A stretch of DNA of 64,000 bases from Nemertoderma westbladi (taxonomy: Eukaryota > Animalia > Xenacoelomorpha). Where the stretch lies: assembly GCA_032718475.1 (NCBI GenBank), contig JAUCBJ010002801.1:7156-71155 (forward strand), in the 5' to 3' direction. Below are positions 25,361-37,362 of the stretch, one piece after another. Position numbers and translations under genes: made by a program. Below the pieces are notes generated by a model. It was not told the origin of the DNA. It did no database searches and was given only the letters and a program-made list of their open reading frames with translations. Position 1 is the first letter of the stretch. Each line of letters begins with the position of its first letter.

Positions 25361-27164
25361 CTTTCTTTATTGCAACGTAGGCAATAAAGGTAAAAGTACC
25401 GGTCGACCGGTAACCAGTAGGCCTAACTACCTAAACACCCGAACCGGTACTTACAGCAGTACAGGTACATCAGTATTATTCGATTTTGATAATTATGTAC
25501 CGGTAGGTCTTGATATTTAATCAGGGACTGCAGCCCTGGTTTTTTATTGAGATTTTACTTATTTCTGTCAGTTTTATTTATCTGTAAGTTAATATTGAGC
25601 AGAAGGCGTGTAAGCCTGCTCAGATTGTACAGATAATTTGTAGGCTGGATTGTTGTCTGGCTGTTGTTAAGTCTGAAGAGATTGCAGTGTGTGTAGAGTG
25701 TATGTCCGATAAAGTACTAGTTAGGAATGTGGGGGCATCCAGTGCTGTAAGGTAAATCCCCCCCCCCCCCCCCCGAAAGAATAAGTCGTACTACTCGGTT
25801 AGAACGCATACTAACTAACCATTTCGGAGTCTGCATATACTGTAGTTTATTTAGGCTTGATAGTAGTCTGCCAGCGTTTGGTCTGTATTTTGTTTGTGTA
25901 GTCTGTATGGGTAGCGTAATATTTATTATTCAGAGTCTATGCGATTATTCGCAACATTCACAACCCCAAGTTTATTCCTACAGTAATTGTGCTTGTTATA
26001 CATACCGTTATAGTTAAATTAACCCCGGTACTACATCAGGACTGCTTGGCGTAGGTAAAGACTTGTGATTTTATACTCTGGTCACTCCGGCAGATACCGT
26101 GGTTCTTTTAGCTGTACAAGTATTTTTAACTGCTGGTTATTTGTTGTATAAGTACTTGTACCTAATTTAGGGTTTAGTGTACAGTGCTTTCTGAAGGTAA
26201 TTCGTGTGTAGGCAGTATATTTGTGTTGTAAGGTGGTTAATAGGCACATTAGCTATAGTAGGCTGCGGTAATTAACTTCTAGGTAGGAACACTCCGGGTA
26301 CATAACGTAGTACTTATAGCGCTACGGCTATAAGTCGTCAGATGGTGGTATTTTCTTATCTAGACAACGCAATATATAAAATTAACCCTAAAAATTCGTA
26401 CATGTAATTTTTGTGTTTATTTAGAGATTGTAATCTCACCCCGTATTGTACGTAATTCGTAGTAATAAGTAACTTAGGCAAGTAGAATTATTTGTTTTAG
26501 TGTCCAACAAGTAGCACTTCACTGAGAGCGTACAGCTTCTGTGTAGTGACTCCTTCCTAGAAATAATAACATTTATTTCAAATATTGTAACAAAACCCAT
26601 TAAACGGGTATATATATTATAAATCAACTCAAACCGATTTATAAAATAGTAGGCCTGTCATACAACAATTAGGTCTTAATATCAGTTGGACTACTGCTTA
26701 AATAACGGTAAAGTAAAGTAACTAAGTAACCCTAAAAATTCAGAAATTCAATTATTCTAAAATAATTGATGTACCGGTATTTACGATAGGCTTATTATAT
26801 TTATTTCTATAAATTTAAGCTGAAATTATATACCGGTATTCTGTAATTAATTCTAGTCTATAATTATACTTATATATACTATAAGTGTAAGCTGTATACT
26901 GGTATTCACGGTAGGCTTATTATATATCTATATATTTGCGCTGAAATTATATACCGGTATTCTGTGACGAACCCTAATATCCGATCCGTAATAATACTTA
27001 TATATGCTATAAGTGTATACCGGTATTCTAATATATTGTATATATATCACTTTACATAGAGTAACGATATCGGTAATTAATTACTAGGCTAACAGTTGAT
27101 ACTGAATTACTAGACTTGCTTTAACTGTAATTATAGCAGTAGGCATTCAACTGTACAAACAAAC

Positions 27165-30100
27165 ATGTCTGACACAAAGCAAAACCTGTCAGACAGTCTC
27201 CTAGATACAACCATCTGTGACCCAGATAGGAGTGTGGAACGTTTGAGACCAAAGTTCAACTCACCTCCTACTGTAAGAAAGATCACCCCTCCAGTAGTAG
27301 TATCAGACCCTAGGCTAGTCAAACACCGTAGGTCTATCATAGGCACTCGGGCTCAAGTCAAGCGGGACCAAGAAGCAGCTGTTAAACAGCAGCAACACTC
27401 GAGCCGAGAACTTATTTCTCAGCGGCCCGATAGCTCCAGTAGTTCGGATACTGTAGAGCTGACACCCGAGCGCGGAACAAAGATGGCAGAGATTAACTTA
27501 TCGGAAGCTGCCTGGGAAGACTTACACAGGATGGGAGTGACAAAAGACACTAGTGATCCAGCTGTGTGGAAGAGGTCGGCAGCAGGATATGTACAGAGAT
27601 TCTTTAGCTCTTTGGAGCGATTAGAGGAACAACTGTTTCAACAACCCCAAGGACCTCAAGAGCAGGGAGAGCTGCTTTATCAAGTTTGAGAAAGAATTCT
27701 AAGAATCAGACTAATCCTATCGGCCTTTGAGGAAGCTTCGAAAAGAAGACAAGACACGTCGTTGCAAGTTGCCGTAAAGACTTGGTTCCAGCGGGTGAGT
27801 CTCAAGGTTCAAAGAACGGCCCAGTGGAAATTTCAGCTGTCTGAGCGCTCAACCCACGGAGAATCAACAGACGCTACCTTTTCTCAAGTGGAAAGCGAAG
27901 CGACAGCAGAGAAACCGCAGAAGAAGGACGCTATTGACATCTATCTGTCAGACTATCAACGATTTCTAGGTGACGAAGAGTTGAGGAGAAGGCTGGCTGG
28001 ACTTCGTCCTAATAGTGAAGGAGCCAAGCTTGTGTTGGACGCAATAGATGCGGAAATGTTAGCTGCGAATAAAGCTAAATTTGATGAAAGCATCCGCATC
28101 GCTAGGGTCCAAGAAGAACAGGTAAAGAAAAAACGTATAGAAGACAGAAAGACAGCAGCAGCGGCAGCGGCAGAAGTTGAAAGAAAAGCGGCAGCGGCAG
28201 TGGCAGAAGCAGAGGCTGAAAGGAAAGCGGCAATGGAAGCGGCAGAAGTGGAAAGGAAAGCGGCAATGGCAGCGGTAGAAGCGGAAAGAAAGCGAGCAGC
28301 GGCAGAAGCGGAAAGAAAAGAGGCAGAGGCAGTGGCAGAAGCAGAACGGAGAGCGTCTGAAGAGACCACCCAACTAGAGTTGGAAAATCTTCAAGAGAAG
28401 CAAGACTACATAAATAAACAGTTAACAGCTAGTCAGATGCAGATGATAAGTCGATCTACTCCCAAAAGACAGGGATTTACATCATCTGATGAAGGCGATA
28501 CCACCGATCCTGAAGGCAGAGGAAATAGATCTCGTCTAAGCAGGCGTAGAAGAACGCCCCACCGTCAGAAATTGCCTAATTTGCCCCCAGCTGTAAGAAG
28601 GCAACTAGCTAGCACAGACTTAGGTAGTACAGAACCCACAGACCAAATTATTAGAGTAGAAAGACTCCCTACTATAGTGGATGAACCTGAAATAATTAGG
28701 CCTGTTCTCGAAGCCACTCCCTCTGTAATAGAGACCACTGTACTTCCAGAATCGAACTATAAATTCCCTTTGCACAGTACTAAACTACCTGTATCCCGTG
28801 GGACAGTTCCTCAGTCAATTCCGGTCCTGGACGCTGAGCGAGACATTAACAATTTGTCGCCCGTCGTCCCTCGTCTACCCGCTACTATGTTGGCGGCTTC
28901 CGCTTCGGCGGTTGAGTGGGTGGATGAGCGACGGCGGGGGATGGATATTCTCCTCGGGAAGATGGAGGAGAATCAGGCTCGCTCCTCCCAACAGGTCCGA
29001 GAGTTGGAGGGGACTGTTCAACAGTTAAAGGGAACAGTAAGAGAAAGTAAGTTAGAATTACAGGAAGTGCAGCAGAGTATCGCGTTAGAACGCCATAAGT
29101 TAGTAAATTTACAAAAGGGTATACCAACACCCCCTGTAACAATGTGTCAACCTGTTAGGTCTGAAGTATTTCATGCGCAAGGTGTGGAGCCTACATGCAT
29201 CTATACTGCTAGTGAAGTAGAAACTCCTATAGTAAACCCTATTAAAGGTAATTATAAACCTGTTGACAATGATATTCCATATAGACCTGATAATAATCCG
29301 AGAAATTTATGTACCGATAACTCGATATTAAATAATACGATGGCCCAAGAAAGTTTTACGCGTCAAATGGCTAGAACCGAAGCCCGTCAAGCGGTAAAGG
29401 TGGGAGAGATCGTCAAGTTCAATGGAGATGAGATGAAATGGTTACCTTTTAATGAATATTATAAAGATAACATACAGAACTCTGTGCTATCTAACGGAGA
29501 GAAACTTAGATTCCTCATCGAGTGCTTGGAAGGATCTCCCAAGTTAATGGCGTTAAAGTTTATTGGACATCCAGATGGATTAAGACAAGTTTGGAATACA
29601 CTAAACATCAGGTATGGTAATATGAATAACATAGCTAGGTATTTGTATGCAAAATTGGTAGCGCCCAGAAAGTTCATTAGCAGCGGGATTATAGAGTTTT
29701 CCGATGAGATTCAGGAGATCTGTAGACAATTAGATTGGCTAGGTAAGTCTCATGAATATCAGAGTTCTATGGTTATTGGAGCCGTAGCATCTACTTTACC
29801 AAAGGGTGGAGTAGGTACACGCTGGGACAAGAAAGTGTTATATATGATGGAACAACAACGAAGAGACCCTACCATGGCTGATCTCATGTCATTCTTAGAT
29901 GGAGAGGTAAAATTACAGCTCCTAAAGCAGTCCAGAGAGAAGACACCGGAAAATAAGGTAAGTGAGAAACCCGTTTCTAGGAGAAAGGTAACACCAGTGT
30001 GTTATACAGACGACGGCGAAAGCCAGGCTTCTCAAGAGGAGGACAGCGGGAAAGACACTGAAAGATCTTACTATGTCAACAAAGCGCCTAAAGACGTAAG

Positions 30101-33100
30101 TAAATTTAAGTCTCGAACCAATGACAGGAGAGAACAGGTAACAAAAACTCCTCCTACGTCTCCTAAGAGAGTTCACGGAAGAAAGCCCGAGGAAAGAACG
30201 AGAGTGCACAACGTTGCCACAGGTAAAGTAAGTAACATCAAACCAAAATGTGCGCTGTGCGACGGGCCCCACCGTTTAAGTGTGTGTGATGAATTTTTAA
30301 AGAAATCTCTAAAAGATAGACGTGAAGTCATGTGGGATAAGCGGTTGTGTTATAATTGCCTCAGACAAGGACACCAACGGCGAACCTGTTACTCTGACGC
30401 AAGGTGTGCTAAGTGCGGCGCGTAACATCATATCTTGTTGCACACTGAATTCGAAAGAAACAACCCGAGTCAGGTAAGTGAGTCCGAACTACATGTCCAA
30501 TTCAGTCATGTGAACGACACTGACCAAAGTTCTGAGATGGAAGGATTCTATACGGATGAATTCTCCGACGAAAACGAATCCTGTTACCTAATAAATACCG
30601 CAGTATATCGAGCACTTACATATGAGAAAGAGACAGATAGTGAGCTCCCCCTAACCACTCCTAACCGACAACCATCTTGGAAAGCACCAACTTCCAATGT
30701 AGGAATCCGCGAATTTCCCGTAGTGCAGTTGAGAGTCCACGGGTCACAAAAGAGCTATATAGTGAACGCCCTCCTTGACTCCGGCAGCACAGGAACATTC
30801 ATCGACAAAGAACTAGCCGAAGACATCTTTGCTGGACAACCCAAGTTCCGAACTAAGTTGAACATGTCAGGAATTATGCAGGTTTGGAAATCTACAGTAA
30901 CTACAGACTATTATGTAGGCGCATTGTCCACCCCCCAGGATGAACTAGGAAAACACAGTATAAGGTCAGTAAAAATGGTGGCGATAAAGAACTTCGCTAC
31001 CAGCCAAGCGGAACTTTATAACTGGGATGAGGACGATTTCACCCAACAGCATAAGATACCTAGATTCAATACAGACTACCCTGGAGTACAAATACTCATC
31101 GGCCAAAATGCGCATGAGGCGCTTGAGACATTGGAGAAACGGCCTGCTCAACCGCAACCACTACAAACCTATGCGGGAAGAACTAGAGTAGGTTGGTACT
31201 TTACTGGACCTTTCCGTAAAACTCTCATGGAAAGGCTACCCAAAGAACGAGTCTACCAGGTGAGTGAATGGGAAGATGAGACCAGTGAGGGAGACGACCC
31301 ACATGAGGGAACACCATACTCCTCAGATAATGACGATATCCACCAACTATTCGACGAGGAGAATACCATCGACCTCCTTACGGAAAATGAAACTTGGCAA
31401 AACCAAGTGAACCTATGTCACCTCATTCATCCAGCGGAACAAGTCGATTACAACGACGAACTGAATGAAGTGATAGATCGCTACAATGCGAAGACTCGTG
31501 ATGAACATGCCGTACGATTCTTTACTCAAGAGGCTGTAGAGCCCAATTCCTACGATAAGGCCCTATCGGTAGAAGAAGAAAGAGCCAAGCAGATACAGGA
31601 AACAACTACACGTTTTCTTAAAGATCAAGGTAGATATGAGATTGGTCTGCCTTTCCGACGGCGAGAACCCAATTTTATAAACAACCGACCCTTGGCGGAG
31701 AAGAGAATTGCGCAACTACATCGACGCCTTACGGCAAATGCTTCAGCTAAGGAGATGTACAAGACCCAGCTGAAGAAATTCATTGACAAGGGATATGCGG
31801 AGCGAGTACCGGAAGGAACACCCATAACTGAGAGAACATACTATTTAACACATCATTACGTTCCCAAACCCGGTAAACCCAATGAAGTCCGGGTAGTATT
31901 TGACGGCTCCGCCCTCTACATGGGCCAATCCCTTAACTCCGAGTTGTTGCCAGGACCCAACTTACTCCAATCCTTGTTGGGAATACTCTTAAGATTACGA
32001 CAATATTCAATCGCTTTCGCTTCCGATATAGAAGGCATGTTCTTACAAGTTAAGGCGCTGGATAGGGATCGAGACAGCCTACGATTTCTGTGGTGGCCTG
32101 AAGGAGACCTCAACCAGAACCCGGTGGAGTACTGGATGACCATCCAGGCTTTTGGGATCATCTCGAGCCCTTCAAACGCCTGCTCAGTAGTGCGTACCAC
32201 TGCTGATGACAACCGGGACGCCTTCTCCAAAGAGGTTATCGACAACATCAAACGGGATATATACATGGACGACAATTTAAAGTCCCTCCCATCGGTGGAA
32301 GAAGCCATTGATGTCGCCAAAGGAACGGTAGAGTGCTTGAAAAGAGGTGGATTTCGATTAACTAAATTCACCAGCAACTCCTGTGAGTTTCTGGAATCGA
32401 TCCCGGTAGAAGACCGAGGAGTTAAAGATCTAGACCTAATCAAGGACGATCTTCCAGAAACCAAGACGCTTGGTTTGAAATGGGACACAGAGAGAGATAT
32501 ACTGTTTTTCCAGCTAAAACAGCGAGATAATCCAGTTCGGACTAAATGGATTTGTCTAAGTATCCTGAGCACTTATTTCGATCCATTGGGATTTATTAGC
32601 CCAGTTATATTGATTGCTCGGAGTTTAGTACAACAAATGTGGCTTGAAAACCACTCATGGGACGATCCACTTAAGGGAGAACTATTAAAGAAGTGGATGA
32701 AATGGGAAGATTCTCTACCATCCATCGAGAACTTTATAATTTCCCGTTCCTATTTTGGTCATGTTCTCCCCACGTATTCCTATCAACTCCATGTGTTTGG
32801 AGACGCCAGTGATATGGGAATAGGAATAGTAGCCTACCTGAGAGTTGAAACTCCGGATGGAATCAAGGTCGCCTTGGTTACCTCTAAGGCCTTGATAAAC
32901 AACAAGTTGAAAGTTCCTCGAGCGGAGTTAAAAGCGGCTCTATACGCTACAGCCATCGGCCGGAATGTAACAGAACAGATCGACTATCCACTGGAGAAAA
33001 TTATCTATTGGACCGATGCTTTACTCGTGTTGGAGTATATAACCAATGAAGTCTGTCAGTTCAGCGTCTTCATTACCAACAGAGTAGCCATTATACTTAG

Positions 33101-35147
33101 TCGCACGAAGATAGATCAATGGAGACATTGCCCTGGGACGATTAATCCAGCCGACATCGCCTCCAGGGGAGCAACTCCGCAAGAACTGATAGATACTCCA
33201 GACTGGTTAGGTGGACCCGACTTCCTAAGCAAGGAAGAGGATGAATGGCCTCCTCATCTTACTACGGCGGAGATTAGACAGGCCAAGGGAGCGGAGAAAG
33301 TCAAACCTAAAACTCGGGCGAGTAAATCGAAGTTATTTAAACCCGTGATAGATCTGTCTGTCCTACACACTTCCGGAGACGACGCTTTGGATCCGAAACC
33401 CACAGCCACAAATAAGTCTGTTGTGGAAATCAGAGAGAGAGATTGGAAATCTGGAATACCAGACGTCTCGCAAGGACTCTCACCTCTCCTGCAGAGAGCG
33501 ATACATCACTATAGTTCCTGGAATCGGCTCTGTAAGGCCGTTACATATTTAAAGCGATGTTTTCATCATCACTACTCCAGGACGAAGACCACTAGTGATA
33601 CCGCTCCACTGACATCTGCGCAGGTCCATGTTGTTAAAGATCTTCCCAAATACAAGATATCAGACAGGTTTCTGAAGGAGAAGATCAGATACCAGGAGCA
33701 TGAAGAAACCAATAAGCAGATACTGAGACTCCTGCAATGCTATGAGGATTCCGATAAGTATTTCCTGTTGTTGAGAAATCCACAGATGCGCTTAAGGGAT
33801 CGTTTCTCTAGCACAATGATAGATGGGTTAATACGCGTTGGAGGAAGACTAACTAATGCTCCATTATCCTTTGACACTAAGTTTCCCATACTCATTAGAA
33901 ATCTTGAAATACAAATCAAGATGATTGTAGATGTTCACAGTAAGCTTTATCATGCTGGTAGAGAACGAGTTCTTAGCGAAATTCGAACTCGCTATTATTT
34001 TCATAAACCCCATAGAGCTCTGAACCAAGTTCTTAGGAACTGCATACCCTGTAGGAAAGCGTTCAGTAGGCCTTTAACACAGCGAGAGGCAGAATTACCT
34101 AGGGAACGAGTAAGCTTCTATGAACCACCCTTTACTAATACCGGTGTGGATTTATTTGGCCCTATTGAAGTATATCGTGCTAGGACTATAGTCAAGAGAT
34201 GGTGTGTCATATTTGTCTGTATGACTTGTAGAGCTATCCATCTCGATATGGTGAACGATCTATCTACCAACAGCTTCATACTGAGCTTACGCCGACAGAT
34301 CGTTCGCTTTGGAACTAGTAACACGATGAGATCTGATAAGGGAACGAACTTCATTGGTGCCAACAATGAAATCAAGGATTATGTCAAAGATTGGAACCAA
34401 AGACAGGTGGACGATCAGCTAAGGGTAACAGTGTCTAGCTGGACCTTCAACGCCGTCGACGCCCTGTGGTGGGGAGGAAGTTGGGAGAGATTAATCAGAA
34501 GCGTGAAGACCACATTTCACTTTATAGTGCCTTGCCGCGCGTATCTCACCGACGAACTTTTGCGGATGTTAATGGAGGAAATCGCCACCTATCTCAACGA
34601 GAGACCGCTTATGCCAGTCTCATCGAGTCCCGATTCCCTGGAAGCGCTAACACCCGCGCACTTCCTACTGAAGAAACCTGTAGCCATGCTCCCACGATCG
34701 GATATCACGGACGGAGACGAATACTGCCGGCAAACTTGGCAACTTATGCAGTTGTTATCCCGCCATTTCGCTGACCATTTTGAAAAACATTATCTGCCTA
34801 TGCTACAACTTCGAACTAAGTGGTTTGCGCAGCAAGAAAACGTCAGCGCAGGAGACATGGTCCTTATTGTGGATTCAGATCTTCCACATAAGCGGTGGCA
34901 GACAGGTCGTATCATCGAGACTCATATCTCGGATGATGGTTTGGTGCGATCGGTAGAACTCGTCATCATGCGACGTAACTTTAAGAAACCGGGAATTGTC
35001 TTCGAGATGCAGCAGCTCAATCGCCCAATTGGTCGTTTATGTTTACTGGAAAGAGACAGAGAACTCTCCGGAAACTATGGAAGGCAAGATACTCTTCCCA
35101 CGACCACTTCCCTAATACAACCAACATCCAGGGACTCCCCAACGTGA
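27165..35147 (+). pseudogene. BEL gag-pol polyprotein, single frame of 2661 codons with two premature stops (27687-27689, 30423-30425)
   Basis: Three track ORFs share one frame. Zn knuckles; DSG protease; RT VRVVFDGS, DIEGMFLQV, YMDD; RNase H FGDAS, PRAEL, WTDA, NPADIASRG; integrase HAGRE/CIPC, GVDLFGP, SDKGTNF, WWGGSWERL. Domain order is BEL/Pao. Confidence 0.95.
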
Positions 35148-35696
35148 CAGCGTTTGGAGTGGGTGTGTGACTATATTATTTCATATATTTTCATCATTTT
35201 TATATTTCTGTATGTATTATTATGTAATTTTATTATAATCGTTTTCTTTAATTTTATTTTAGTAGAATGTTATTTTAGTGATTATTTAGTAGAATAGTGC
35301 AATATATATATTAGTCTTATTACTTAATTACTTATATATTATATATTTAGTGCGACGGCGAGAAATAATTCTTTTTCTCTTTCCTTACTGTCCGTATTAC
35401 ATTATAAATACGTGACTACAGTAAGATGAAATATCCGTACTTATTAAAGTACAATAAAGCTCCTACTATATTCAAGTATTATTGGTAAGTAGAGTATTAG
35501 GAATGCAAAGTTCAGATCCTCGTGTCTCAGCTAAACCAAGCTCTGGGTAGACCTTGGAAACGACTTGCCTCTTCTCACTGACATTGTTTCTTGCAATATT
35601 GCTCTCATACCGTATATTAAATAATACATATAGTAGCGTGATGTCCTTTTAACAGTAGCGTAAAACGCAAAATAAATCTGTTAAACCCTTTGACCA

Positions 35697-36040
35697 TCTG
35701 TAATTCTAGTTGATTAAGATATCGCGGCACCCACCGATATACTTGAAAGACAAAATTCTAGAATCAGTGGTTAACGTCCCCAGACAAGTTCTGGAATAAA
35801 CCGGTGCCCATCTTAAATATTAACTATTAATATTTATAAAATCTGTCAAACAAATACAATAGAGTAAATACTTACAAGTTAACTCTAGAAAATCTATAAA
35901 TCAAAATCTGTTAAAATTTAGATCCTTTAAAATTCTAGTCGATTAAGATATCGTAGCACTTACCGATACTCTTAAAAGGACAAATTTCCTAGAATTCAGG
36001 ATCCTAGTCCCCAGACATGCTCTGGAATAAAATTGTGTCT
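35697..36040 (+). repeat. Imperfect ~110 bp direct duplication in the pol-to-accessory-ORF spacer
   Basis: AATTCTAGTYGATTAAGATATCG...GTCCCCAGAC..TCTGGAATAAA occurs twice; also present in BEL-1 and BEL-3. Confidence 0.7.
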
Positions 36041-36852
36041 ATTTAATATTAAATAATAAAATTTACGGGAATAAATTTAAATTCATATTTTTTAATGAAT
36101 TTGATAAATTGTCATTTTTATACAATTTATAACATTCCCAAAATTCCATTAATTAATAGATCATGGGAGCGGAGATTCACCCTATTAAGTATATTAAGGT
36201 GCGAGAATCTCCAATATATAGTCAATAGCCGATAAAATTCATAAAATCATGTATAAAGAGGAATATTGACAATTAAAGAATTACTATTAAATAGCATCCC
36301 AGATCTGTATGCATGAGAATTACCCTAATTCTACTGCTAGCTTTCCATAATGTCACCATGGCAACAACCACGCTAGAATTAGAAGTGAGTTAAAAGAACA
36401 ATAAAGCTTGCCCCATTGAATAGCATAAGGAATAAATAGCACACTGCTAGTATCCAAGGATACACAATAATAACTTGGCATTCTGGAAGGCACTTGACTA
36501 ATGGACTAATGGCCCGAATGTGTGCGGTTTGTGACAGTTGTGTGGAATTTGTGCGTTTATAGGTGAATGTTACTACTAAAGTGTGTTTACAGTAGCGAGT
36601 CGCAATTGTGAAAGTAGCCCTAACTCTGCAGTAAGAACCTGAAGTAAATCTAACCCTTTGGGACGGACAGTGGAGTGACTCGTGCTGGTTATCATTGTCG
36701 TTGTGTAGCTACTACGTTGGCGAAAAACACAGCGACGACGGTACATCGGCGCTGAGGATCTTACACTGTCCGGGGGCCGAGAGGGGTAGGCAGCGACGCC
36801 CGCTAGCCTAATTATAAACTCATTATAATATTGATAAACTCATATAGCAGCT

Positions 36853-37362
36853 ATGACTGAGTTGATAGAAGATGATCTTGGTATCAGGGAGCGATATACT
36901 CTACCTTTACAAGCGTTTGTTGATAGCTTAATACGCGGCGAAGCTAGTCCAACTACTACGGAAGACGATGGTCGTTATATCGAACCGCCAATGTCCCTGG
37001 AGCAACTTACGCGTGAATTGGACTATAGAAAATTCACCGCTCGCTATACGCATCGTAACGGTACGTATATGGACTTCTTAACTACTGGCCATCCTATCGA
37101 TTTACACGATACGGAAGATGTAGACACCGAAAGGGAAATGGTTTTATTTAAATATCATACCCAGCGGAGTCGGAACGATAAACCGAGAATAGAACACGAG
37201 AATTCTATTCGGAACCGACTCGAAAGAGAAGACGTTGAAGAGCCGGATAAACGCAGCGACTTCAACGATTATCTGGAATTCTTGAGAGAAACATATCTCA
37301 ATATTGCCAGTCAACAAAATCTAACACTCGATATCCTCAAGGTATACATCATGACCCTATGA
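36853..37362 (+). CDS. BEL accessory ORF A, 169 aa, unknown function
   Basis: Intact ATG-to-stop ORF; homologous relics occupy the same position in BEL-1 and BEL-3; its stop overlaps the next start (ATGA). Confidence 0.7.
   Translation: MTELIEDDLGIRERYTLPLQAFVDSLIRGEASPTTTEDDGRYIEPPMSLEQLTRELDYRKFTARYTHRNGTYMDFLTTGHPIDLHDTEDVDTEREMVLFKYHTQRSRNDKPRIEHENSIRNRLEREDVEEPDKRSDFNDYLEFLRETYLNIASQQNLTLDILKVYIMTL

Noticed and set aside
27956-28373. Ala-, Phe/Arg/Cys- and Leu/Pro-rich antisense ORFs (also 12567-12863, 46281-46697)
   Set aside because: Shadows of the repetitive Gag coiled-coil codons.
36720-36765. Hammerhead ribozyme (GAAA and CTGAGGA present)
   Set aside because: The required stems I-III do not form around the core motifs in any copy; the bases pair in a long hairpin instead.
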